DNA from: Nostoc punctiforme PCC 73102
GTDB taxonomy: Bacteria; Cyanobacteriota; Cyanobacteriia; Cyanobacteriales; Nostocaceae
Length of the DNA: 32,000 nucleotides
NCBI RefSeq assembly: GCF_000020025.1
Contig: NC_010628.1
Location: forward strand, 8,190,001 to 8,222,000
Reading direction: 5' to 3'
The translations under genes were made by a program, and so were the position numbers. Shown piece by piece: positions 1 through 7,328 of this stretch. How positions within the stretch are numbered: the first letter of the stretch is position 1; each line of letters starts with the position of its first letter. The notes under the pieces are model-generated. The model saw only the letters and a list, made by a program, of their open reading frames with translations, did no database searches and was not told the origin of the DNA.

Positions 1-239
1 GGCAATTCAATTTTATGGGACTCAAATTGAATAGTTTTTCCCATTTTGCGACTGGCGTAGTCGCCCCGGACATTTATACCACTGCTTTTGACTCGCCGAA
101 TTGGTTCAGAGGCACGGATTTGGGAAATTAATTGCCTAGCCTCTTGTGGTAAATTTACGCCGCGACACCAATCATTAAACTCTTGGTCGCTCAACATATT
201 GGCCCCCAAGCTTTTAAAGCCGCAACAAGCTCTTACCAC
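1..239 (-). CDS. tnsB: TnsB-like DDE transposase, first ~79 codons only (gene continues left of the window)
   Basis: Same sequence as the 5' end of the 883-aa ORF 701..3352. GTG at 239, in-frame ATG at 197 (equivalent to 743 in copy 2). Confidence 0.8.
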   Translation of the reverse strand, partial: MVRACCGFKSLGANMLSDQEFNDWCRGVNLPQEARQLISQIRASEPIRRVKSSGINVRGDYASRKMGKTIQFESHKIEL

Positions 240-307
240 AAATCTAGGCTTTCGCCAGTTAAACAGTCTTTTATTGATATAAATATTTATACTTACCAGT
301 TCAGATG

Positions 308-358
308 ACTGCGGCCACTTTATGGTTTAAAAACGGCCACAATATCCTTTAAGTGACA
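308..358. repeat. 51-bp terminal inverted repeat, tnsB-proximal end of copy 1
   Basis: Reverse complement of 582..632. Terminus reads 5'-TGTCACTTAAAGGATATTGTGGCCGTTTTTAAACCATAAAGTGGCCGCAGT from outside in. Confidence 0.8.
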
Positions 359-581
359 CAAATGGACTTACGACAGCTTGAATTTTTGGGGTTTTTAAGA
401 GACAAACTTGCTACTTCAGGTATTTGAGGGTGCATAATCCCTTAACTTTCGGCACGTTTATGCTTGATTTTTAGACTTTCGGCAACTTTTTGGTTTCAAA
501 GCCAAATTTTAAGGCTGCGATCGCCTACGGCGGGCGCTTGCGCCATCGCGGAACGTTAAATCAAGCCTTGGCGCTTATCCT
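359..581. other. 223-bp spacer between head-to-head copies 1 and 2, carrying transposon-end-like repeats and a HIP1 site
   Basis: Unique sequence between the two termini. Two direct repeats, CTTTCGGCACGTTTATGC (446..463) and CTTTCGGCAACTTTTTGG (476..493), resemble the CATAA-NN-TKGCCG boxes next to the tniQ ends of copies 2 and 3. GCGATCGC lies at ~516. Confidence 0.5.
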
Positions 582-632
582 TGTCACTTAAAGGATATTG
601 TGGCCGTTTTTAAACCATAAAGTGGCCGCAGT
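582..632. repeat. 51-bp terminal inverted repeat, tnsB-proximal end of copy 2
   Basis: TGTCACTTAAAGGATATTGTGGCCGTTTTTAAACCATAAAGTGGCCGCAGT. Two GTGGCCG boxes 21 bp apart are candidate TnsB binding sites. Confidence 0.8.
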
Positions 633-648
633 CATCTGAACTGGTAAG

Positions 649-662
649 TATAAATATTTATA
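649..662. promoter_or_regulatory. Perfect 14-bp AT palindrome TATAAATATTTATA between the end repeat and the tnsB start (candidate -10/operator)
   Basis: Palindrome read directly. Also present in copy 1 (278..291) and copy 3 (31623..31636). Function is only inferred from its position upstream of tnsB. Confidence 0.3.
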
Positions 663-700
663 TCAATAAAAGACTGTTTAACTGGCGAAAGCCTAGATTT

Positions 701-3352
701 GTGGTAAGAGCTTGTTGCGGCTTTAAAAGCTTGGGGGCCAATATGTTGAGCGACCAAGAGTTTAATGATTGGTGTCGCGGCGTAAATTTACCACAAGAGG
801 CTAGGCAATTAATTTCCCAAATCCGTGCCTCTGAACCAATTCGGCGAGTCAAAAGCAGTGGTATAAATGTCCGGGGCGACTACGCCAGTCGCAAAATGGG
901 AAAAACTATTCAATTTGAGTCCCATAAAATTGAATTGCCAGGTGTAGAGGAGTACGAAGAAGACGCAGATGTACTCGAATACTACGACCAAGCATATCAA
1001 ATTACTCTAGAATTCCCCTCAAGCAGTGGGGAAATAATCAAAGCTTCGCATATACCAGACTTTTTCGTAATTCGGAAGCGGAGTGCAGGTTTTGAAGAGT
1101 GGAAACCAGAATCAAGATTAGAAAAATTAGCAGCTAAACAATCACAACGTTATATGCGTTCAGAAGATGGGCAGTGGTTAAACCTGCCAGCAGTTGCTTA
1201 TGCAGAAAAATTAGGACTGTATTACCGAATTCGGTTAGATACAGAAATTGATTGGATTAAATACAGAAATCGACTATTTCTCAAAGCCTATACTACTGAA
1301 GATTACCAAATTGACCCAGAAATAGCTGAAAATTTGGTGAAGTTAATTAGCTTAAATCCGGGCATAAGTTATTGGGAAATGATTCATACTCAACAGAGCA
1401 ATCCTGATGACATAAATGCTTTAATAGCTACAAAAAAAATTTACATTAATTTGAGTGCCGCACCCTTAGCAGAGCCAGAAAAAGTACAGCTTTTCCGTGA
1501 CCAAGAAATCGCGGTAGCTTATGTACAAATGATAAAATCGCAACCGAATAATGGAACGATTCTGAATATTTTAGATGTTAAACCCAATCAACTGGAACCT
1601 AAAACTCATAATCAAGTAAAAATGTCTCCAAAAGCAATGGAGCGTTTTTTGAGAGCTAGTCCTGAAGACTTGGCAGAAGCTAACCGAAGATATGAAGTAA
1701 TTGAACCTTATCTTAATGACAGTTATAGAGATAAAGAAACTGTTCCACAACGTACTATTCGCAGATGGAAGGCTAAGTTTATAGCAGCACAAAAGGCGTA
1801 CAAATGTGGTTATATTGGGCTGCTAAATAACTCTAATGCTAGAGGCAATCGCTTACCCAGAATTTCTCAATCGTCTCAAGATTTCATTGACAAAATAATT
1901 GAAGAATATTATGAAACTTTTCAACAAAGAAGCAAACTAGCTGTTTATGGAATTCTAGCAAGAGAATGGGAGAAAGCAGGTCTAACAGATAAGCTGCCTA
2001 GCTACGCTACATTTTGTTCTAGAATTCAACATCGTTCTGGTTATAGGCAAACAAAAAAACGTAAGGGAAACAGAGCAGCTTATCAACAATCTTTATTGTA
2101 TTGGGAGTTGAAATTAACCACACCATGTCATGGCGACCGTCCATTTGAGATAGCACACATTGACCATACGCAACTGGATATTGAGTTAGTATGCTCCCGA
2201 ACAGGTTATCTTCTTGGTAGACCTTGGGCAACTCTGTTAATCGATGCTTACAGCCGACGTATTCTCGCAGTTTACCTAACTTTTGACGAGCCAAGCTACC
2301 GTAGTTGCATGATGGTATTAAGAATCTGCGTACAGCGATTTGAGAAATTACCAGAGACAATAGTTGTTGACGGTGGGACAGAATTTAGTAGTACATACTT
2401 TGAGACCTTGTTAGCGGCTTTTGAATGTACCAAAAAGCAGCGACCAGCTGCGAAAGCCAGATTTGGTTCAATTATTGAACGTATTTTTGGAACTACAAAT
2501 ACAGAGTTTTTTTATAATCTTAGAGGCAACACTCAAATTACTAAGAATGTCCGCCAAGTCACGAAATCAAATAATCCCAAAAATCAAGCTGTTTGGACAC
2601 TAGATCAACTCTACGAAAACTTTTGTTCATATTGTTACGAATTCTATGATTGCAGAGAACATCCAACATTAGGACAAAGCCCACGTCAAACTTTTATGTC
2701 AGGGCTAAATTCAAGTGGTTATCGCCCTCAGAAACAGATTATTTATGATGATAATTTTAAGATTTTTACCTTACCTTCTACACCTAAAGGAACTGCAAAA
2801 GTTCAACCAAGTAGAGGCGTGAAAATTAATTATCTCTACTATTGGTCAATTGATGATTCGTTCATAAGACCAGAAATTGAAGGAACTAATGTACCTATTC
2901 GTTACGACCCTTTTGATATGGGGACTGCTTATGCTTACGTTAAGGGACGTTGGATACGCTGTATTTCTGAACATTACAAATCCTTCCAAAATCGTTCCGA
3001 AAAAGAAGTGAACATAGCCAGCACACAATTACGTCGAAAAAGGCAGAAACACGCTCAAAGAATTACTCTATCTGCCCAAGAAAAAGCTACATATTTAGAA
3101 GGAACTGAAGCCCAAGAAACTTTGTTATTACAACGCTTACATGATTTAGCACAACAAGATATTTGGGTTTTAATTGAAAAAAGCTCAGTTATTGAAAGTA
3201 AATTAAGTAAACACAATTATTCAGCTAATGTTCAAGATGTAGATAAAAATATTTTGGCAGGTTCAGAAAGCATTAAAAAGCCAAAATCATCAGCAAAAAA
3301 ATTAATAGATTTAACCAAAATAGAAGCTTACAATACAGAGGAGCTATGGTAA
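701..3352 (+). CDS. tnsB: TnsB-like DDE (rve/Mu-type) transposase, 883 aa
   Basis: Candidate DDE triad in HIDHTQLD, VVDGGTEF and IERIFGTTNTEFF. Size and position match TnsB/TniA. The track start is GTG at 701, and ATG at 743 (MLSDQEF...) preceded by GGGGG is a plausible true start. The stop overlaps the tnsC start (ATGGTAA). Confidence 0.9.
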   Translation: MVRACCGFKSLGANMLSDQEFNDWCRGVNLPQEARQLISQIRASEPIRRVKSSGINVRGDYASRKMGKTIQFESHKIELPGVEEYEEDADVLEYYDQAYQITLEFPSSSGEIIKASHIPDFFVIRKRSAGFEEWKPESRLEKLAAKQSQRYMRSEDGQWLNLPAVAYAEKLGLYYRIRLDTEIDWIKYRNRLFLKAYTTEDYQIDPEIAENLVKLISLNPGISYWEMIHTQQSNPDDINALIATKKIYINLSAAPLAEPEKVQLFRDQEIAVAYVQMIKSQPNNGTILNILDVKPNQLEPKTHNQVKMSPKAMERFLRASPEDLAEANRRYEVIEPYLNDSYRDKETVPQRTIRRWKAKFIAAQKAYKCGYIGLLNNSNARGNRLPRISQSSQDFIDKIIEEYYETFQQRSKLAVYGILAREWEKAGLTDKLPSYATFCSRIQHRSGYRQTKKRKGNRAAYQQSLLYWELKLTTPCHGDRPFEIAHIDHTQLDIELVCSRTGYLLGRPWATLLIDAYSRRILAVYLTFDEPSYRSCMMVLRICVQRFEKLPETIVVDGGTEFSSTYFETLLAAFECTKKQRPAAKARFGSIIERIFGTTNTEFFYNLRGNTQITKNVRQVTKSNNPKNQAVWTLDQLYENFCSYCYEFYDCREHPTLGQSPRQTFMSGLNSSGYRPQKQIIYDDNFKIFTLPSTPKGTAKVQPSRGVKINYLYYWSIDDSFIRPEIEGTNVPIRYDPFDMGTAYAYVKGRWIRCISEHYKSFQNRSEKEVNIASTQLRRKRQKHAQRITLSAQEKATYLEGTEAQETLLLQRLHDLAQQDIWVLIEKSSVIESKLSKHNYSANVQDVDKNILAGSESIKKPKSSAKKLIDLTKIEAYNTEELW

Positions 3353-4485
3353 AAATTCAGTCGCACTCTTTTCCAGAAGAACTTCTCTTACAGCCGAACG
3401 AAATTAAAACTGATTATTTCAAAAGTATCACTATTCCACATCAAAGGCTCAAACAAGCCTTAGATACTTTATTAATTAATATTCTGGAGCCAGCTGACAC
3501 TTTAGTATTTTTAGTTTTTGGTGTGACTGGTGTAGGAAAAACAACCTTACGCTTGCGTCTGGAAAATCTGCTAAATTACGAATTTCTCCCCTCATTACGC
3601 CAAAATCCTGGTCAAATTGCTGTTGCTGGTATTGAAGCTATTCCAACAGAACAAGGAAAGTTTAGCTATAAAGATTATTACACTCGCGCCCTAGAATCCC
3701 TTCAGGAAGTTTTGATTGAATACAAAATTGATTATGAAATTCCTCACGGTGAGGTAAAGGATTTGGGGTTGCTAAATCGGGCTTACCGCCAAGATTCGCC
3801 CGCATTACGCCGAGCAATGGAAAAAGCATTTCGTTATCGTCAGGTAAAAGCTTTTACTGTAGACGAGGCACAGCATTTATTTATGATGGCAGGCGGACAC
3901 CAGATGTTACAGCAAATGAACTGGATTAAGTCTATTGCTAATCTTACTGGTACAGTACATATTTTATTTGGAACTTATGAACTGCTTAACTGTCCTACCT
4001 TGAATGGGCAAATAGGGCGGCGTAGCGAAGATATTCACCTGTTACCTTACCAAGCTGATAACCCAGAAGATATTGCTGAATTTATTAGAGTAATTAGAAC
4101 TTTTCAACGCCACATTCCGCTTGTACAAGAACCAAAATTAGAACAACACTATGAGTATCTTTTTTCTGGCTCAGTTGGTTGTGTGGGGCTATTGAAGAAT
4201 TGGTTAACTCGTTCTTTGAGAGTTGCCTATTCTGAAGAAGCTCGGACTCTTAATAGCAAACATCTTAAATTAGGTGCTTTTTCTGCATCTCGTATCAACA
4301 AAATTAAGGAAGAAGCACAACAGGGATTTAAACGCTTTCAAGAAGAATCCAGTTTTTTTGAGCGGCAATATTCAACAGAACATGGAATAAAAATGCCAGC
4401 CAAAAATTCCCTACTCAAAAAAGGTCGTGTTGGACAAAGAAAACCTAAAAGAGATGATGTAGGGGTAAATTCAGATGATGACTAA
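3346..4485 (+). CDS. tnsC: TnsC/TniB-like AAA+ ATPase, 379 aa
   Basis: Walker A GVTGVGKTT and Walker B FTVDEAQH. Second gene of the tnsB-tnsC-tniQ order, overlapping both neighbours. Confidence 0.85.
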   Translation: MVKIQSHSFPEELLLQPNEIKTDYFKSITIPHQRLKQALDTLLINILEPADTLVFLVFGVTGVGKTTLRLRLENLLNYEFLPSLRQNPGQIAVAGIEAIPTEQGKFSYKDYYTRALESLQEVLIEYKIDYEIPHGEVKDLGLLNRAYRQDSPALRRAMEKAFRYRQVKAFTVDEAQHLFMMAGGHQMLQQMNWIKSIANLTGTVHILFGTYELLNCPTLNGQIGRRSEDIHLLPYQADNPEDIAEFIRVIRTFQRHIPLVQEPKLEQHYEYLFSGSVGCVGLLKNWLTRSLRVAYSEEARTLNSKHLKLGAFSASRINKIKEEAQQGFKRFQEESSFFERQYSTEHGIKMPAKNSLLKKGRVGQRKPKRDDVGVNSDDD

Positions 4486-6061
4486 CATGGCGGTTAACGA
4501 TGAATTGTGGCTCAAAGACCCAGAATTTACTCCCAGTCCTAGCCGGTTGTTTCATCTGGAACCGATTGGACTTGGTACTTGTTATGTTGAAAGTCTGACT
4601 AGCTATGTTGCTCGTCTAGCCGCAGCTCATAGCGTATTGCCTGGAACTTTATTGGCTAGAGAGATAAAACCAATAGTTGGGCATAACCATACTACCAATC
4701 CCTTGAATTCTAAAAGTATCGTAAGTTTGTATGGACAAGCTTCTGTAAAAGCTTTAAACGGAACACAAATTGGAGCTAAACAACTGGTTTTTGCTCTAGA
4801 AATATTGACAAAACGTACTGACTTACAGTTTTTGACAATGCTACCTTGGGCAAAAGTCTTCCCAGTTTTGGGATTGCTCAAGCATTCTCATGCTTGGTGT
4901 CCTTATTGCTATCAAGACTGGTTAAATAATCAACAAGTCATTTATTCACCTCTGCTGTGGGCTTTGAAACCAGCTAACATTTGTCCCATCCATTATCGAT
5001 TTTTAGAATCAAAATGTCCTCACTGTGACCTTGAATTTTTACACCTGTGGCATAACTCACGACCTGGATTTTGTCTGAAATGTGGTGGTTGGTTGGGGAT
5101 GAACTATGAAGTATCTTTGCCAGATAAGAGATTGTTCGAGGAGATACCCAATTTACAGCAAGAGATTTGGATAGTTAAGACTTTAGGAGATTTAATTGCT
5201 CAAGCTCCTGAATTTCCTTGTCCACCTCCAAGAGAGACTATTAAAACAATCCTAGAAGCTTACGTCTATCAATATACTCAAGGTAATGTTTCCGCTTTTG
5301 GTCGTTGGCTTGGGTTATCGAGATATGAAATTCTACATTGGTATTCAGGTGTAGCCATCCCAAATTTAGATAAACTTTTGAAAATCTGCTACGCCTTATC
5401 AACTAATCTTGTCGATTTTCTTCAACTTAAAATACTACCTCTTACTCTTAAGCAGCTAGTTTCTCTACCTGCTCCTAAACAGAAAAAATTATCATCACAG
5501 TCTGCTTTAGTTACTTCAAATAGTAGTCCTAAGTGCGAACGAGTTATTCAGGCGATGCAACTAGCTCAAGAAGAAGAACCACCTCCTTCTTTAACTCAAT
5601 TAGCTGTTCGTTTAGGATTCAAAACTCCTAGTAGTTTAACTGCTTGCTCAAAATCTTTATCAGCATCTTTGGCTACTAGATATAGTGAATATCAACAGCA
5701 GCTAAGATTTTTACACATCAGAGACATACTTGAATTAGCTTTGTTTAGCGACGAGTATCCACCACCTTCTCTAAGAAAAATAGCTAAGAGAACTGGTATT
5801 GGTTTGGCTACTTTCTACCACTATTGCCCTATTGTGTGCCATGCTATTTCTTTACGCTATAAAGATTACCGCAAATTCGTCCATAAACTAGCTATTGAGC
5901 AAGGCTGTCGAGAAGTACGCCAACTCGCTTCAGTACTTCATGCACAAGGCATTACCCCTACTGCTAAAAATCTCAGAAAATTTATGCCTCATCCCTCTTT
6001 GCTGTGGCAGGCTGAGGTAATTGATGTTTTAAGGCAGATAAGACTGGATCTTTCACAGTAA
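4475..6061 (+). CDS. tniQ: Long TniQ/TnsD-like target-selection protein, 528 aa
   Basis: N-terminal TniQ-like segment (ESLTSYVARLAAAHSV). Cys/His clusters CPYC...CPIH...CPHC and CLKC suggest a zinc ribbon. The C-terminus holds duplicated HTH-like modules (PPPSLTQLAVRLG / PPPSLRKIAKRTG). Confidence 0.8.
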   Translation: MMTNMAVNDELWLKDPEFTPSPSRLFHLEPIGLGTCYVESLTSYVARLAAAHSVLPGTLLAREIKPIVGHNHTTNPLNSKSIVSLYGQASVKALNGTQIGAKQLVFALEILTKRTDLQFLTMLPWAKVFPVLGLLKHSHAWCPYCYQDWLNNQQVIYSPLLWALKPANICPIHYRFLESKCPHCDLEFLHLWHNSRPGFCLKCGGWLGMNYEVSLPDKRLFEEIPNLQQEIWIVKTLGDLIAQAPEFPCPPPRETIKTILEAYVYQYTQGNVSAFGRWLGLSRYEILHWYSGVAIPNLDKLLKICYALSTNLVDFLQLKILPLTLKQLVSLPAPKQKKLSSQSALVTSNSSPKCERVIQAMQLAQEEEPPPSLTQLAVRLGFKTPSSLTACSKSLSASLATRYSEYQQQLRFLHIRDILELALFSDEYPPPSLRKIAKRTGIGLATFYHYCPIVCHAISLRYKDYRKFVHKLAIEQGCREVRQLASVLHAQGITPTAKNLRKFMPHPSLLWQAEVIDVLRQIRLDLSQ

Positions 6062-6095
6062 ATCTTATTTATTCGCCTTTCTCTAAGGTTTTACT

Positions 6096-6146
6096 ACTGC
6101 GGCCACTTTATGCTTTAAAAACGGCCACAATATCCTTTAAGTGACA
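6096..6146. repeat. 51-bp terminal inverted repeat, tniQ-proximal end of copy 2
   Basis: Reverse complement matches 582..632 except one C/G difference at position 34. Ends ...AAGTGACA at 6146. Confidence 0.8.
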
Positions 6147-6196
6147 ATTTGAAACCATAAACGTGCCACCCCGGCAAACTTATGCTTACAGTCACA
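6147..6196. repeat. Relic transposon-end-like segment ending ...CAGTCACA
   Basis: Contains CCATAAACGTGCC (6155..6167) and GGCAAACTTATGC (6173..6185). The outer 25 nt match the equivalent segment beside copy 3 (26083..26107) at 21/25. Not part of the identical copies. Confidence 0.45.
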
Positions 6197-6201
6197 TTTA
6201 G

Positions 6202-6222
6202 AGACGTTGCATTGCAACGTCT
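6202..6222. repeat. Hairpin dispersed repeat AGACGTTGCA-T-TGCAACGTCT (possible terminator)
   Basis: 10-bp arms read directly. Same AGAGACG...CGTCT family as 6251..6271 and 11726..11749. Confidence 0.4.
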
Positions 6223-6250
6223 GTTCATTTTCACCAGATGTATATTGTAA

Positions 6251-6271
6251 AGACGGCGATTTATCGCGTCT
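6251..6271 (-). terminator. Hairpin 11 nt downstream of the DUF1611 gene stop (possible terminator or dispersed repeat)
   Basis: Minus strand reads AGACGCGATAAATCGCCGTCT followed by TTTAC. The stem is imperfect and the U-run is weak. Confidence 0.35.
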
Positions 6272-6281
6272 CTCTAACCAT

Positions 6282-7328
6282 CTAATTCTTCATCACTGCA
6301 TCCAAAAGCACATTGGCATCAAAGCGGACTACATCGGTGCAAGGTAGCCCGGTTTCTGCTGTTATTTGAGCGATGCTTTCCTCAGCTGCAGATTCATCTA
6401 AATGTGCTGTGTTAAGCGCTATACCCACTACAGGCACACTTGCAAAAGCGCCACCTGCACTAGCAACGGTTTCATAAAGACGAATTACCTCTGGTAAAGG
6501 TGGAATTATTACATGGGGATGATTGCGGACATGAACTTGTCCCGCCCGATGGACTAACACCAGTTGAGTTGGTTGGGAACCACGAATCAGGGGTAGAGTT
6601 GCCGTTGAACCAGGGTGTAGCAGTGAACCTTGTCCTTCAATGTGCAAGATGTCATAGTTTTTGCCGTAGCGCATGACTACTTGTTCCACAGCACCAGCAG
6701 CAAAGTCTACCCGCACGGCATCTAAAGCCACACCATCACCTTCTAACATCACCCCAGTTTGACCTGTGGCGAGAAATTTAGAACGCCAGCCCCGCAGTTT
6801 TGATGCCCAATGTAACTGTAGGCTAGTTGACATTTTACCGATCGCCATATCGGTTCCCACTGTCAATACCCGCCGACACGGAAGCGTGCGGGCTATTCCA
6901 CTAGCAACACTTATATTAGGCGGCTCTTTGCGAACATCCCAAATTAGTTGCCCTGGTTTGAGCAGTGCATTTAAGTCCGGTATATTTGCCATTGGTGTAT
7001 GCAAACCATTCACCAAAGACATCCCAGCTTCTAGAGCGTCTTTGATTTCTAGCCAGTAATCATCTGGGATGGCACCACCACTTGGAGCAATGCCTATTAC
7101 CAAAACTTCTGGCTTGTACTGTAGGGCTGCGGCTACCGATGCCACAATTGGAACATCACGCTTGATACCTGTTAATTCTGTCAGAGATTTGCCAGCACAT
7201 TCGCGATCGATGACGGCTACAATTGGTGCTTCGCTGTAACGTAAAATTGCGAGTCCTGTTTTGCCGTGAGCCCCAGTAGTTCCCTCATGAAGTAAGATAG
7301 CTACTCGTTGATTAAGTGGTAGACGCAC
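6282..7328 (-). CDS. DUF1611-family protein (DgcN-like, putative N-acetyltransferase)
   Basis: 348-aa ORF with VGTDMAIGKMST, the GTDxxxGK signature I associate with DUF1611. Overlaps the upstream epimerase gene by 17 nt. Family call is from memory, not searched. Confidence 0.65.
   Translation of the reverse strand: MRLPLNQRVAILLHEGTTGAHGKTGLAILRYSEAPIVAVIDRECAGKSLTELTGIKRDVPIVASVAAALQYKPEVLVIGIAPSGGAIPDDYWLEIKDALEAGMSLVNGLHTPMANIPDLNALLKPGQLIWDVRKEPPNISVASGIARTLPCRRVLTVGTDMAIGKMSTSLQLHWASKLRGWRSKFLATGQTGVMLEGDGVALDAVRVDFAAGAVEQVVMRYGKNYDILHIEGQGSLLHPGSTATLPLIRGSQPTQLVLVHRAGQVHVRNHPHVIIPPLPEVIRLYETVASAGGAFASVPVVGIALNTAHLDESAAEESIAQITAETGLPCTDVVRFDANVLLDAVMKN

Larger units (their letters stand above)
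1..358 (-). mobile_element. Tn7/Tn5053-like tnsB-tnsC-tniQ transposon, copy 1 (only the tnsB-proximal 358 bp are inside the window)
   Basis: 1..358 reads identically to 31346..31703 (copy 3) and is the reverse complement of 582..939 (copy 2). Identity stops exactly after ...AAGTGACA at 358. Confidence 0.85.
582..6146 (+). mobile_element. Tn7/Tn5053-like tnsB-tnsC-tniQ transposon, copy 2 (complete, 5565 bp, apparently intact)
   Basis: Bounded by 51-bp inverted repeats (50/51 identical) starting TGTCAC. Contains three coupled ORFs. Boundaries were defined by where identity to copies 1 and 3 ends. Confidence 0.85.

Noticed and set aside
88-4881. Short ORFs inside or antisense to the transposon genes (88..282, 658..852, 809..1000, 1571..1792, 2019..2360, 2421..2603, 2846..3028, 4627..4881, and their mirror images in copy 3)
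   Set aside because: All are fully embedded in the long tnsB/tnsC/tniQ reading frames, with no motifs. They were useful only as evidence that the copies are identical in several frames.
582-6146. Possible type V-K CRISPR-associated transposon (cyanobacterial tnsB-tnsC-tniQ next to a tRNA gene)
   Set aside because: No Cas12k-sized ORF, tracrRNA-like region or CRISPR repeat-spacer array lies inside the 5.57-kb element or anywhere in the window. TniQ is 528 aa with DNA-binding-like modules rather than the short CAST form. Kept as a protein-guided relative instead.
6147-6151. Pairing of copy 2's tniQ flank ATTTG with copy 3's tnsB flank TTTTG as a shared duplication
   Set aside because: The match is only 4/5. 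The perfect 5/5 partner is copy 1's tnsB flank, and the similarity may reflect an A/T-rich target preference.
6172-6196. Outer TGTGACT terminus (and 26083..26107) as the true tniQ-side end of the active element
   Set aside because: Identity between copies 2 and 3 is perfect up to 6146/26138 and then drops to scattered motif similarity. The outer segments were therefore not mobilised with the recent copies and are treated as relic ends.
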